A stretch of DNA of 64,000 nucleotides from a virus (lineage: Duplodnaviria; Caudoviricetes), in the IMG/VR virus record IMGVR_UViG_3300028283_000231; one strand, 5' to 3'. The notes under the pieces were generated by a model that was not told where the DNA came from, did no database searches, and worked only from the letters and a program-made list of their open reading frames with translations. Shown here piece by piece: positions 34,013 through 44,760 of this stretch. A program made the translations under genes and the position numbers. Each line of letters starts with the position of its first letter. Within the stretch, counting starts at the first letter, position 1.

Positions 34013-35479
34013 ATGAAAAAATTAGAATCCAGATCGAAAAAGAAAATAATTGAATTTTTATCAATAGACCCTATATTTAATGTCTATACTAGAAAATATA
34101 TGGACTATCTCATCATTAAAAATGATCTGAGAATGATATATATTGTTGACTTTGAAAGAATTGGAAAATTAAATTCAGAAATTGGATACGAAGAAGTTAA
34201 CAAGAAATTTAGAAATATTTTCAAAAAGAAAATAGATGGTTGTTATATTGGTAGATTCTTCTCTGGTGACGAATTAATAATAGCTTTTGATAATGATTGG
34301 GAACAAAAAGATTGTAAAAACGCCATTAAAAAAATTAGGAAAAAAGCTAGAAAAGAAGGATTGAATTTTAAATGTCTTCACGTAGGATTGAGTAATAAAT
34401 CTGGTGGAACTAGTGGTATGGATGGCGGACATAAGGATCATACTATTGATTGGGCAAATAAATTAAATAGATTAAAACATAAAGTCTTACCTATGAAATC
34501 AGAAGATTTGCGTAATATAGGTTTTTATACTCTTTCTGATTATAGGGCTATGAAAACTAATATTGATTCTGATATGCAAAGAGGTGAAATTATAATTACT
34601 GAGTATTGTAATTTTAAATGTCCTTATTGTAGAGGTCTTAATGATGAAATTTATAAAGACAGGAAGTTCAAACAACTCACTCTTGATGAAGTTAAAGAGA
34701 TAATAGATTTATGGAGCCCACTATCTAATATAAGATTTTCGGGCGGTGAGCCAACTCTTCATAAAGATTTACTTGAAATGGTTAAATACGCAGCTGATAG
34801 CGGAGTAATGAGAATAGCTATATCTACAAATGGAACAGCCGATTTGGATTATTATAAAAAATTAATAGAAGCTGGCGTTAATGATTTCTCGATCAGTTTA
34901 GACGCTTGTTGTATTTCAGACGGTAATAAAATGTCTGGGGTTGAAGATTCATGGTATAAAGTAGTTTACAATATACGTGAAATTAGTAAACTATCATATG
35001 TAACAGTTGGTGTAGTTTTAACGCCAGATAATGTAGAATCTTGTATTCTAACTGTAAGATTCGCTCACGAATTAGGAGTATCTGATATTCGTATAATTTC
35101 AGCTGCCCAGTGGAACGAAAAAATTGCAGGATTAGATTTAATAGAGAACGAAATACTCAGTGAACATCCAATTTTAAAATATAGGGTAGAACATTTTAAT
35201 AATGGCGTGAATGTTAGGGGATTATCTGAAACGGATAGTAAGAATTGTGGTATTGTTATAGATGATAGTATAGTAGCTGGTCAAATGCACTTTCCTTGTG
35301 TAATTTATATGCGTGAAGGCGGACAACCTATCGGTAAAGTTGGACCCAATATGAGACAAGAAAGATTTGATTGGTTTAAGAATCATAACTGCATTGAAGA
35401 CAAAATATGTAAATCTCAATGTTTGGATGTGTGTAGGGATTATAACAATAGGGTAAAAAAATTACAACCAGATTTATGA
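34013..35479 (+). CDS. Degenerate GGDEF-like domain fused to a radical SAM domain
   Basis: VDFERIGKLNSEIGY...GRFFSGDELII, then CNFKCPYC, FSGGEPT, ISTNG. Confidence 0.7.
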   Translation: MKKLESRSKKKIIEFLSIDPIFNVYTRKYMDYLIIKNDLRMIYIVDFERIGKLNSEIGYEEVNKKFRNIFKKKIDGCYIGRFFSGDELIIAFDNDWEQKDCKNAIKKIRKKARKEGLNFKCLHVGLSNKSGGTSGMDGGHKDHTIDWANKLNRLKHKVLPMKSEDLRNIGFYTLSDYRAMKTNIDSDMQRGEIIITEYCNFKCPYCRGLNDEIYKDRKFKQLTLDEVKEIIDLWSPLSNIRFSGGEPTLHKDLLEMVKYAADSGVMRIAISTNGTADLDYYKKLIEAGVNDFSISLDACCISDGNKMSGVEDSWYKVVYNIREISKLSYVTVGVVLTPDNVESCILTVRFAHELGVSDIRIISAAQWNEKIAGLDLIENEILSEHPILKYRVEHFNNGVNVRGLSETDSKNCGIVIDDSIVAGQMHFPCVIYMREGGQPIGKVGPNMRQERFDWFKNHNCIEDKICKSQCLDVCRDYNNRVKKLQPDL

Positions 35480-35824
35480 TAGAACTCAAAACAGGACATG
35501 GTGGAGAATGGGTATTTTTGTTGAGTTCGGAAGAATTTGAAAAATACAATCTTCAAGGATTTAAAATGGATATAAATTCTTATTTCGACGCTGACGGTGA
35601 ACCACTTATCTGTGTTAGATTTAATAAAGATAACGAACTTAAAAGTTTTAAAAGATCAAAACTAATAGATAAGATGTTAGATAAAAAAACATAACATATA
35701 TGGAAGACGAACCTTTATTTTACGAAGATTTTATATCAACAGAAGACTTTATCAGAGAATTCACGTCAACGAGTGGAAAAATATAAGAAGAACCCAGTTG
35801 ATAAAAGATATGATAAATGGAAAG

Positions 35825-36526
35825 TTAACTAAATGATAACACTCTATTTAAAATTTCCATAGCAATTTCACTCTTTCCAGTAAGTTTTTTAAGATTTTTA
35901 CTACCGTCAAAAGCGTAAGCAATATGTTCTTTAGCATTAACCATTTCTGATTTTTCGTTAGCTATAACCAAATCACAATGATTTTTAATGAAAGAATCAG
36001 CTGCGATTTTAATTAGTTCATCGTGTTCAACACCGTCTTCAAACTTAAATGATACAAGATAACATTTTGGGTTCCATTCTTTAATATGAGCAAGAATCTT
36101 TGGTGTCTGGTAAATCCTTTCCCTTAAACTTTCAATAAAAGCTTCAGGGTCATTACTCTTTAGTTTAGTATGAATTGGACGGAAACCAAAATCAGAAACA
36201 GCCATAGGATGAATAACAACATCCATTTCAGGAACAAGTTTTTCCATTACATTGTAAACAGATTCAACATCAGTTACTTCGTGTAATTTAAGACAATTAA
36301 AATTATATGGAAATTTATTTTCCGATTTTCCAATTCTAATAAAACCATCTGATTTAGGTAATTCAGATCCTTTCACGTAAACAAAATTAATTTCTATTTC
36401 AGTATTACTATGTGATATAATAGTATCAGCAATCATTGCACCTAATTTACCAGATGAAATGTTTGTTAAAACTCTTACTCCGTCAATATATTCGCGGGTT
36501 CCGCCACTTGTGATTAAAATTTCCAT
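35825..36526 (-). CDS. coaB: Phosphopantothenate-cysteine ligase
   Basis: ILITSGGTREYIDGVRVLTNISSGKLG, AVSDF, VSFKFE, DLVIAN. Confidence 0.88.
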   Translation of the reverse strand: MEILITSGGTREYIDGVRVLTNISSGKLGAMIADTIISHSNTEIEINFVYVKGSELPKSDGFIRIGKSENKFPYNFNCLKLHEVTDVESVYNVMEKLVPEMDVVIHPMAVSDFGFRPIHTKLKSNDPEAFIESLRERIYQTPKILAHIKEWNPKCYLVSFKFEDGVEHDELIKIAADSFIKNHCDLVIANEKSEMVNAKEHIAYAFDGSKNLKKLTGKSEIAMEILNRVLSFS

Positions 36527-37632
36527 TTGATTGATTTTATTAAATGTTTAGTACAGTCTAATTTTCCAAAAGGTTTTTCTCCTCCTCTGTGCCAATGTCC
36601 ACAATGAGGATGGTCTTTATGATGAAGTTCAATGTGTAACATACTCATTGGACGACCTTTATCTTTTATAATTACTCTTTTAACTTTACCTAGGTACTGT
36701 TGTTTAGAAATTTTATCTCCAACTTTAAGTTCAGGGTTGGCTTCAATTTCACCGTAAACTACAACTCCTGATTCACCTTTAATATAAATACCGTCAGTAT
36801 CTAACCAAAAGTCATATCCAGCTTTAGGACCAGTGAAAGGACAAATATCAATTATTTCACCATCTTCAACTGAAAATACTTCAGTTCCTTCTGGTGCGTA
36901 GAGGTCAACTCCACAGTGATGATCAAAACGTCTACGGATTCCAAATGATCCAACGTGAGGATAAACAGGAATCTGAACTTCTTTATTCAAATCTAAATCG
37001 AGAAATGAATAAGAATCATTACTTGTTCCAACACACTTTAGATTAAGTGGAAATTTCCATTTAGGAGTAGGATTAAGAATATCCATTACCTTTTCAACAA
37101 TTTCTCTTGTGTTAGGAAGTTTACCCATTCCTAAGTCACCACAGGCTAACATACCTTCAACTGGGAAGATTACATGCCAACCATATCTTTTAAGCTTATC
37201 AATATTTTCCTGAGTAATAGGATTTTCCCACATATTAGTATTCATAGCGGGACATACAATACGAACCTTATCAGGAAGGGCCAGAACAGTGGCTAACAGA
37301 AAACTATCTGATATTCCACCAGCGATTTTTGCTATTGTATTTGCAGTACCAGGCACTAAAAGGAAAGCATCACACCATTTAGATTCTTCGATGTGGATAG
37401 TCTGGTCTGGGGTTTCAGTTTTAAGATTACCTTTACTTATAACATTAACTGCTGCAGATGGACAAAAATTATGAGCACTATCACTCATAATAACATGAAC
37501 TTCATTACCCATATTCTGCAAGCCTGATATAACATCAATGGCTTTATAAGCAGCGATACCACCCGTTATTCCTACTAAGATTTTCATACATTTTATTTTA
37601 CTATACAAAATTACTAAATATTCCTTAAACAA
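36514..37632 (-). CDS. coaC: Phosphopantothenoylcysteine decarboxylase fused to an M23 peptidase-like domain
   Basis: ILVGITGGIAAYK, PAMNTNMW, LACGDLGMGKL; then HCGVDLYAPEGTEVFSVEDG and MLHIELH. Confidence 0.85.
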   Translation of the reverse strand: MFKEYLVILYSKIKCMKILVGITGGIAAYKAIDVISGLQNMGNEVHVIMSDSAHNFCPSAAVNVISKGNLKTETPDQTIHIEESKWCDAFLLVPGTANTIAKIAGGISDSFLLATVLALPDKVRIVCPAMNTNMWENPITQENIDKLKRYGWHVIFPVEGMLACGDLGMGKLPNTREIVEKVMDILNPTPKWKFPLNLKCVGTSNDSYSFLDLDLNKEVQIPVYPHVGSFGIRRRFDHHCGVDLYAPEGTEVFSVEDGEIIDICPFTGPKAGYDFWLDTDGIYIKGESGVVVYGEIEANPELKVGDKISKQQYLGKVKRVIIKDKGRPMSMLHIELHHKDHPHCGHWHRGGEKPFGKLDCTKHLIKSIKWKF

Positions 37633-37692
37633 AAAATAAAAATAATGTTAAAAATAACAATTATGACAATATTTATATAATATATACGTTTT

Positions 37693-38905
37693 ATGGAGAA
37701 CAAATTTGAGATATTAGAGATTATAGATAAGCATATTGATTTGGAAAATTACGTTGCTCCGTCTATTAATTCACCCAGACAGGATTGGTTTGATGCTCAT
37801 AATAAAATAAATGACGAACTCAGAGAAAAGGGATTAATAGGTGAGCACCAGAATATTTATTTTTCTTTTGACGTGCGTGGTAAGATTGATAACATCCATC
37901 TTCAATTAGAAACAAGGTGTTTACCAGATAGAATACCAGAGGAAAGATTTGAAATAGATGGTGCTGACGTGGTGGTAAGAAGAAGAGATTTAGAAGACAT
38001 AGAGGCTGCGGCTGAAGCTGAAAGAAAGGCTAGATTCGATTTTAGATCAGATGAATGGAAGAACTATAAGAGAACAAAAATGATGGATAGAATGTTAAAT
38101 GGAATTTGAATACGAAGATAGAATGGAGATGATTAAGGTCATCGATAGTTATTTAGATATAGCTAATTACGAACACAGTAGAAGAAATTACGTACTTAAT
38201 AAGTCTGGTTTAGTTATACCTAATGTAACAGTTAATAAAGACTGGCACGAAATACACGCACTTATTAATGAAGAACTCAGAGAAAAAGGGTTTTTTTCTG
38301 ATAGACATACGCTCTTTATTCATTTTGATGCATATACTGGAAAAATAGAATCTATTTATATTGAATTAGAAATTCCGCACGAAACAGAAGAAACTCACGA
38401 CGAATACGAAGTTGGTGATTGTGAAATAAAAATAACAAAAAAAGATTCTTTTGTTATAAGTAAAAAAACTGAATTGAGATTTGATTTCAGTCCTTCTGAA
38501 TGGAAAAATTTCAAAAGAACAGAATTAATGGATAGAATGTTAAATGAAAAAGTTTTATGTAAAAAATCAATATATTACGAAAATCAATTTCACCCAGGTT
38601 TAAACGGTTACTCATTTCTAGAAGGTAATTTATATCTCATTGTTAATCACTATCAACAAGGAGAAAAAGGCGAAGGTTACTGGGTAGAAACAGAATTATT
38701 TAATAGAAACCAAGAGAGATTTCCTGGTCGTATGACTACTGGTTTCTTTGCTACCGATGATGAATTTTCAAGAAAACATAAAGCTTACGGTTACATTCAT
38801 TATATAGGAGATTATTTCTTTTTACCAAATGAAACTAGTAATATAATAAGAACTAATTTAATAGATAAAATTTTAAATAAAGAAAAATTTAGCTTATCTT
38901 TGTAA
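37693..38905 (+). CDS. Two tandem paralogous hypothetical genes (37693-38109, 38099-38905)
   Basis: Shared IDxxxDxxNY, INxELREKG and RFDFxxxEWKNxKRT segments. Confidence 0.7.
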
Positions 38906-38919
38906 AAATAAACAAAACT

Positions 38920-40056
38920 ATGCAGCGACATCTCTTTAAACTAAGCAAACAGAACAAGATATTACACTACGTTGTTCAAGTTATAGATAATAAAACTAGT
39001 TCTCAACTAGTTACAGATAAAGGGCAATTTCTAGGAGCCTACCAGTCTGATACAAAAGAATTTGTGATTGGTAAAAATGTTGGTAGAGCCAACGAAACTA
39101 CACACTTTCAGCAAGCTATATCAGAGGCTGATTCCAAAGTAAATAAACAAAAAGACGAAGGTTATAAATTATGGGATGGTGATCTTGTTCCAGGACCAAA
39201 TGTAGCAAAAGAAATTTTAGAATGGCTTACAGATCAAGGCAAAGGCACTGACGCATCTGGTGATTTAAAACCAATGTTGGCACACAAAGATTTAAAAAGT
39301 ATCAAATTTCCATGTCTCATTCAAAGAAAATATGACGGAATTCGTTGTTTCAGTAAAGTGAATGGTGGAACCACAATGAAATCTAGAAACGGAAAAGATT
39401 TCAACTATCTTCAACACATTATGAATGATTTAGGATTAAATTTCACTAACTGTATTGTTGACGGTGAACTTTATTCTAATACACTCACTTTTCAGGAAAT
39501 ACTTTCAAGTGTGAAGAGGGAACAGGCTTCTAATAAACTTATTTCTTTACGTATTTATGACGTAATTCCACTTGATAATCTTAAATTAAAACAATCAGAA
39601 AGAGTAAATTTACTTAATCTTAAACAAGATTCTACTTGTCTTCACCCAGTTGAAACTTACACGGTTAACAACATCGAAGAGGTTAAAGTGTATTTTGCTC
39701 AATTTATTGAAGAAGGGTACGAAGGTGCTATTCTTAGGAACCTTAACGGTGAATACGAATTCGGTGGAAGGTCTAGGGATCTTATTAAATATAAGGAATT
39801 CGATGATGATGAATTCGAAATCGTTGATGTTATTGAAGCAAGTGGTAGGGACGAAGGAACTGCTATTTTTGTAATGTGTAATAAAAACGATCAAATCTTC
39901 AACGCTAGACCAAAAGGCACTAGGGAAATTAGAAGGGAATATCTTTTGAATAAAAAAGAACTGATTGGAAAAATGGGAACTGTACAATATCAAGGTCTAA
40001 CTGACGACGGTGTGCCTCGCTTCCCTGTTTTCAAGTGTGTGAGGGATTATGAATAA
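38920..40056 (+). CDS. lig: ATP-dependent DNA ligase
   Basis: QRKYDGIRC (motif I), VDGELY, EGAILRN, KYKEF, OB-fold PRFPV. Confidence 0.92.
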   Translation: MQRHLFKLSKQNKILHYVVQVIDNKTSSQLVTDKGQFLGAYQSDTKEFVIGKNVGRANETTHFQQAISEADSKVNKQKDEGYKLWDGDLVPGPNVAKEILEWLTDQGKGTDASGDLKPMLAHKDLKSIKFPCLIQRKYDGIRCFSKVNGGTTMKSRNGKDFNYLQHIMNDLGLNFTNCIVDGELYSNTLTFQEILSSVKREQASNKLISLRIYDVIPLDNLKLKQSERVNLLNLKQDSTCLHPVETYTVNNIEEVKVYFAQFIEEGYEGAILRNLNGEYEFGGRSRDLIKYKEFDDDEFEIVDVIEASGRDEGTAIFVMCNKNDQIFNARPKGTREIRREYLLNKKELIGKMGTVQYQGLTDDGVPRFPVFKCVRDYE

Positions 40057-40855
40057 ATACTACATACCAACGTACAGAGAATGCTTAAGAATTACAAAAT
40101 CATTTCCACCAAAGACTTTCTACGAAACTAGAAGACTCTACGATGATTATAAATTCTCTTTCTTTAATTATAGATTAGCCGAATATAAACAATTCAGAGA
40201 AGCTAACGCCTTTGAAATGAAAGGTATAACTTTTCTACATCACGAAGGCGTTACTACACATTCTTTAATGTTTAATAAATTCTGGGAACTTAATCAGTAC
40301 CCAGAATTTAACTACGATCTCTTTAAAGATAAAAAAATTAAAAAGGTCATGGTGAAAGAAGACGGTAATCTTATATCCTTTATAAAATTACCAGACGGTA
40401 GAATAATATCTAAAGTTAAAGAAGGTTTTAAATCTATCTTTAATAAGACTGCCAACCAATTCATACAAGATAATCCTATCTATTATAAATTCATAGAGTA
40501 TTGTATTGATAATGATATTGTTCCATTATTTGAATTAGTTGGGGAGAACAGGATTGTTTTGAAGTACGATAAGAATGATTTGATACTTTTAAATTTAAGG
40601 AACAACTTAACTGGTGAGTATATTGATTATTTGGATTACGATTTAGAAGGTATTAATATAGTTAGAAATGAGAACCATAGTCTTGATGAATTAGTGGAGT
40701 TAGCTAAAGAGAAAGAATATTTTGAAGGTTGGGTAGTGCAGTTCGAAGACGACACTCTTTTAAAGGTAAAGACACAATGGTACTATGATTATACTGAGTT
40801 TTTACTTGATAAATTTAATATGAAAAGGAAGAAAGAGAATCAATCAAATATGTAA
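40049..40855 (+). CDS. T4 Rnl1-like RNA ligase
   Basis: KFWEL, KEDG motif I, FELV, EGWVV, LKVKT. Confidence 0.8.
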   Translation: MNKYYIPTYRECLRITKSFPPKTFYETRRLYDDYKFSFFNYRLAEYKQFREANAFEMKGITFLHHEGVTTHSLMFNKFWELNQYPEFNYDLFKDKKIKKVMVKEDGNLISFIKLPDGRIISKVKEGFKSIFNKTANQFIQDNPIYYKFIEYCIDNDIVPLFELVGENRIVLKYDKNDLILLNLRNNLTGEYIDYLDYDLEGINIVRNENHSLDELVELAKEKEYFEGWVVQFEDDTLLKVKTQWYYDYTEFLLDKFNMKRKKENQSNM

Positions 40856-41264
40856 TTATCAATCTCTTGATAAATGAATCTTGTTAGGTTATCTAAATTC
40901 TCTTCTGAAATATAATCCTTGTAATCTAAACCAACTAAACCTATAACGTAATCTCTAATATCGTCAAGAGGTGGGAGTATTGTACCATAACTTTTTGCAG
41001 CTATCTGTTTTTCAAACCATTCCATAGATTTTTCAACTATATCTTGATATTCGAGAAGTCCCATGAGTGTAAGTTTTTGGTAATTTATATGGAGTATCAT
41101 TGAATCAGATTGTTTATCGTAATCCCAAGCGTTATCTATTCTACCTTCTTCTCTACATCTATATTCGTCCATTGGTTGGTCGTCGTCCCAATAGGATTCG
41201 AAAACTTTTTGATTGAATTTACCGTCAACGTAGAAAGCCTTTTCGAATTTTTCGTAATTTTTAA

Positions 41265-42296
41265 TTGGCATTAAGAGATTATAATTTTCTACTATATATT
41301 AAAAACTTAAATCGGATTTTATTCTATATAAATAAAAAATCGTTTATGATAAGAATATACGACTGTTCTAATTCACCCGAGAGTGAACACGGAAGAGATT
41401 ACGGTCCAAAAGAAAATGATATAATTAAAAGTTTAAAAGAGTTTGCTAGGACTTTTGATAGTAAGTTTGTAAATAGTATGGCAGACGTTCTAATAACAAA
41501 CGATATATTTCCCAGTGAATTAAGAGATATAGATATGCCTAAGATTAAAAGAATGGATGGTATATACTGGCACAACGAACAAAAACATAAAAACGATCAA
41601 CTTAACGCTTCAGCAGAAATATCTGATCACGTTATATTTATATCAGAATTTAGTAGAAAAGCTTTAACCACACTTTACCCAGACATTAGAATTAAATCTT
41701 CATCTGTTATTCTTAACACAGCAGATAATAGAATATTTAAACCACTTAAAAAAAAGGAAGGAGTTATGTCTAATGTAATTGCCAGTTGCACAAATTGGAA
41801 CAGAAAAGAGAAAAGGTTTAATAGTCTTATGCAATTAGCTAGACTTATACCAGATACTTTATACCTTATAGGCGAATGTGATATGGAAGTTCCACCAAAC
41901 GTAGTTAAACTTGGTTATAAATCAGATTATTACGAAATAAATGAAATATTAAATACATCAGACGCTTTTATAAATTTATCTTATAGAGACGCTGCCCCGA
42001 AGGTTGTTTGCCAGGCAGTTGCCGCTGGATTACCAATATTATACGCAGACTCCGGTGGATTATCAGAAATAGTTGATAAAGGTGTACCTATTCCAGATGA
42101 GAAGGAAATATATTTTAGTGAAGAAGTACCTGAGCTCGATCCAGTTGATATGCTTAAAGCTTATAACGAATTGAAAAAGAATTATAACAGTTATTTAGGG
42201 AATGTTAAAACAAGTCATTTGGCTATGATTACTAATTATTATAAAATTATAACACAATATGGAAATAGAGAGAAAATTTTGGATAAAGGAATCTAA
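41265..42296 (+). CDS. GT-B (GT4-like) glycosyltransferase
   Basis: VIFISEF, DAFINLSYRDAAPKVVCQAVAAGLPILYADSGG; likely start MIRIYD. Confidence 0.75.
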   Translation: MALRDYNFLLYIKNLNRILFYINKKSFMIRIYDCSNSPESEHGRDYGPKENDIIKSLKEFARTFDSKFVNSMADVLITNDIFPSELRDIDMPKIKRMDGIYWHNEQKHKNDQLNASAEISDHVIFISEFSRKALTTLYPDIRIKSSSVILNTADNRIFKPLKKKEGVMSNVIASCTNWNRKEKRFNSLMQLARLIPDTLYLIGECDMEVPPNVVKLGYKSDYYEINEILNTSDAFINLSYRDAAPKVVCQAVAAGLPILYADSGGLSEIVDKGVPIPDEKEIYFSEEVPELDPVDMLKAYNELKKNYNSYLGNVKTSHLAMITNYYKIITQYGNREKILDKGI

Positions 42297-42780
42297 CCTT
42301 ATATTCGATTACGAAAGAATGTCTATGGTAGAGCAAACATATCTCAACAAACCAGATGATTATTACGAAATTAGATTGAGAAAATATCACGGTGAAGATA
42401 GGTACTATCTAGAATTTAAAAGTAAAGGTAATCTCAAAAGAGAAGAATTCGGAACCAAATTAACAGAAGAACAATATTATAATATACTGAATGGCGCTGA
42501 TCCTAAACACGTTAAAGAAAATACTATTTTAAAAAAGAGATATTATCTTGGAAATGAAGTTTTCTTTGATGAATATGAAGGGGATTTGAAAGGGTATAAT
42601 TCTCTTGAAGTGGAGGGTGATTGGGAATATGTAACTAAATTTAATTTACCGCATCCATTTAACAACGGAGTAGAGGTAACTTATGATAGAAGATTTAAGA
42701 ATAGGAATCTTGTTGGTTGTTACTGGGAAGATGTAAAAGATTATGATGTAATACCTATAACACATGAAAGAAGATTATAA
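42259..42780 (+). CDS. CYTH-domain (triphosphate tunnel) enzyme
   Basis: MEIERKF, IRLR, KKRY, EVE motifs. Confidence 0.85.
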   Translation: MEIERKFWIKESNLIFDYERMSMVEQTYLNKPDDYYEIRLRKYHGEDRYYLEFKSKGNLKREEFGTKLTEEQYYNILNGADPKHVKENTILKKRYYLGNEVFFDEYEGDLKGYNSLEVEGDWEYVTKFNLPHPFNNGVEVTYDRRFKNRNLVGCYWEDVKDYDVIPITHERRL

Positions 42781-42783
42781 TAT

Positions 42784-43554
42784 ATGTTAGAACTTAATAA
42801 AATATACTGTGGTGATACCATAGAGTACATGAAGAAAATAGAAGATAAATCTATTCAATTAGTAGTTACGTCGCCACCATACTCAAGAGGACAAAGAACA
42901 GACGGATTAAATAATATTTACGAAAAAGCTGATACAAATTATAAAGACAACTTATCTGATGAAAAATATATTGAATGGATGACTAACGTGTTTAAAGAAT
43001 ACGAAAGAATTCTTAAAGATACTGGTGTAGTGGCTTTTAATTTAAGTTATACAAAATATTCTCCTTCTTTACCTTATTACGTTATACATAGTATATTTGA
43101 AAATACTAACTTCGTTATCGCTGATACAGTTGCTTGGGAAAAGAGTAGTGCTATTCCTATATCTGGACATCCAAATAGATTAACTAGAAAAGCTGAATTT
43201 GTTTATATCTTTGTTAAGAAGGATTATTTGAACACTTTTGATGCTAATAAAGAAGTATCTTCTGTGAGTAGAACAGGACAAAAATTCTATAAAACATATT
43301 ATAATATATTAAAGGCTAAGAACAATGACGGAAAAGTAGAAGGACACGGTGCAACTTATTCAAGTGACTTTGCCAAGTTCTTTATTGATCTTTATTCTTT
43401 TCCAGATTCAATTGTTCTTGATAATTTTATGGGTACAGGCACCACCGGTTTGGCATGTAAGATGTTAGGTAGAAATTATATAGGAATAGAATTAAGTGAA
43501 AATTATTGTGAAATCGCTAAAACAAGAATTAAGAATTATGAACAATCAAGATGA
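42784..43554 (+). CDS. Beta-class N4-C/N6-A DNA methyltransferase
   Basis: VVTSPPY and VLDNFMGTGTT. Confidence 0.9.
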   Translation: MLELNKIYCGDTIEYMKKIEDKSIQLVVTSPPYSRGQRTDGLNNIYEKADTNYKDNLSDEKYIEWMTNVFKEYERILKDTGVVAFNLSYTKYSPSLPYYVIHSIFENTNFVIADTVAWEKSSAIPISGHPNRLTRKAEFVYIFVKKDYLNTFDANKEVSSVSRTGQKFYKTYYNILKAKNNDGKVEGHGATYSSDFAKFFIDLYSFPDSIVLDNFMGTGTTGLACKMLGRNYIGIELSENYCEIAKTRIKNYEQSR

Positions 43555-43743
43555 AAGATTATTAAAGTGTGACGATAAAGGGAATGTTATTGGTTTCGCT
43601 TTAAAGGATATAAGAAGAAATGAAATTGAGGACATAACTACTAGAATAAGAAAAGCCTCAACATTAGAAGAGGCTATGTCCTTATTAGAAAATTACACAG
43701 ATAATTACGCTAAACTTTATAGAGCTGGTAATTTCACTAGATA

Positions 43744-44760
43744 TTAAATTTCGTTTAAAAGATCTTCTTTATTAATTGGAACTACGCCTACTTTTTCACA
43801 AACTAATCCGCCTGCTATGTTTGATACTCTAGCTGTGATTATTTTATCTACTCCATTTATAGTCAATAAAGTAGCAACTGATATAACTGTATCACCTGCT
43901 CCTGATACGTCAGCCACGCTTCTCTTTTCACCTTCTATGTGATGATGTGTTATCTTATCTTTATCTTTAAATGAAAGAAGAATTCCTCTATTACCCATAG
44001 TGGTATAGAAGGTATCTATTTCTTTTTCTTTTATAAGTTTTTCAACGTGTGGCATTATTTCTTCCCATTTATCTATATCGAGACTCTCTTCTTTTAGACC
44101 TCTTTTTAGTTCGTTAAAATTTGGTTTAAAGATTGTTACATTTTTATAATGATCAAAGTTTTTTAATTTTGGATCAACAAATAGAGGTATATTTCTTCTC
44201 TTTGATAACTCAATTATATATTCGATCATCTTTTTAGATATAACACCTTTATCGTAATCTTGAAAAATTATGGCGTCTATTTTATTTTCAGCTACAGCGA
44301 TGATAACGTTTTCCTTTAATCTTTCATATATTTCATCATTAAGTTCCTCTTTAGATTCTTCGTCTATTCTAATCATTTGAGTATTGTTTCCAATCACTCT
44401 AATTTTATTAGTTGTTTTTCTAGTATCAGTTGCTTTTATGTATTTGGTTTCCATTCCACTATTTTTAATAGTAGCTTTAAGTTCCCAACCGTGTTGATCA
44501 GCACCTATAACAGAACAAATGATAGGAGTAGAGAGGGGAGGAGAAGAGGAGAAGGGGAAGGCACCTAGTTCTTTTATATTTAAAGCAACGTTGGCTGCTC
44601 CACCCAGTTTATCTATTTTATCGTGAATATCTACAACAGGGACAGGGGCTTCGGGGGAAATGCGTTCTACTTTACCGATGAGATATGTATCTAGCATTAT
44701 ATCACCGATTAGTAGTATTTTATTGTTTTTAAAGTTCTCAAAAATATTTTTCCAATTCAT
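43744..44760 (-). CDS. hldA: D-glycero-D-manno-heptose-7-phosphate kinase (HldE kinase domain, PfkB family)
   Basis: IGDIMLDTYLIGKVERISPEAPVPVV, GGAANVA, QDYDKG, DVSGAGDTV. Confidence 0.88.
   Translation of the reverse strand: MNWKNIFENFKNNKILLIGDIMLDTYLIGKVERISPEAPVPVVDIHDKIDKLGGAANVALNIKELGAFPFSSSPPLSTPIICSVIGADQHGWELKATIKNSGMETKYIKATDTRKTTNKIRVIGNNTQMIRIDEESKEELNDEIYERLKENVIIAVAENKIDAIIFQDYDKGVISKKMIEYIIELSKRRNIPLFVDPKLKNFDHYKNVTIFKPNFNELKRGLKEESLDIDKWEEIMPHVEKLIKEKEIDTFYTTMGNRGILLSFKDKDKITHHHIEGEKRSVADVSGAGDTVISVATLLTINGVDKIITARVSNIAGGLVCEKVGVVPINKEDLLNEI

Noticed and set aside
37693-38905. Diversity-generating retroelement template/variable repeats
   Set aside because: The similarity is ordinary paralogy without adenine-specific mismatches, and there is no reverse transcriptase in the window.
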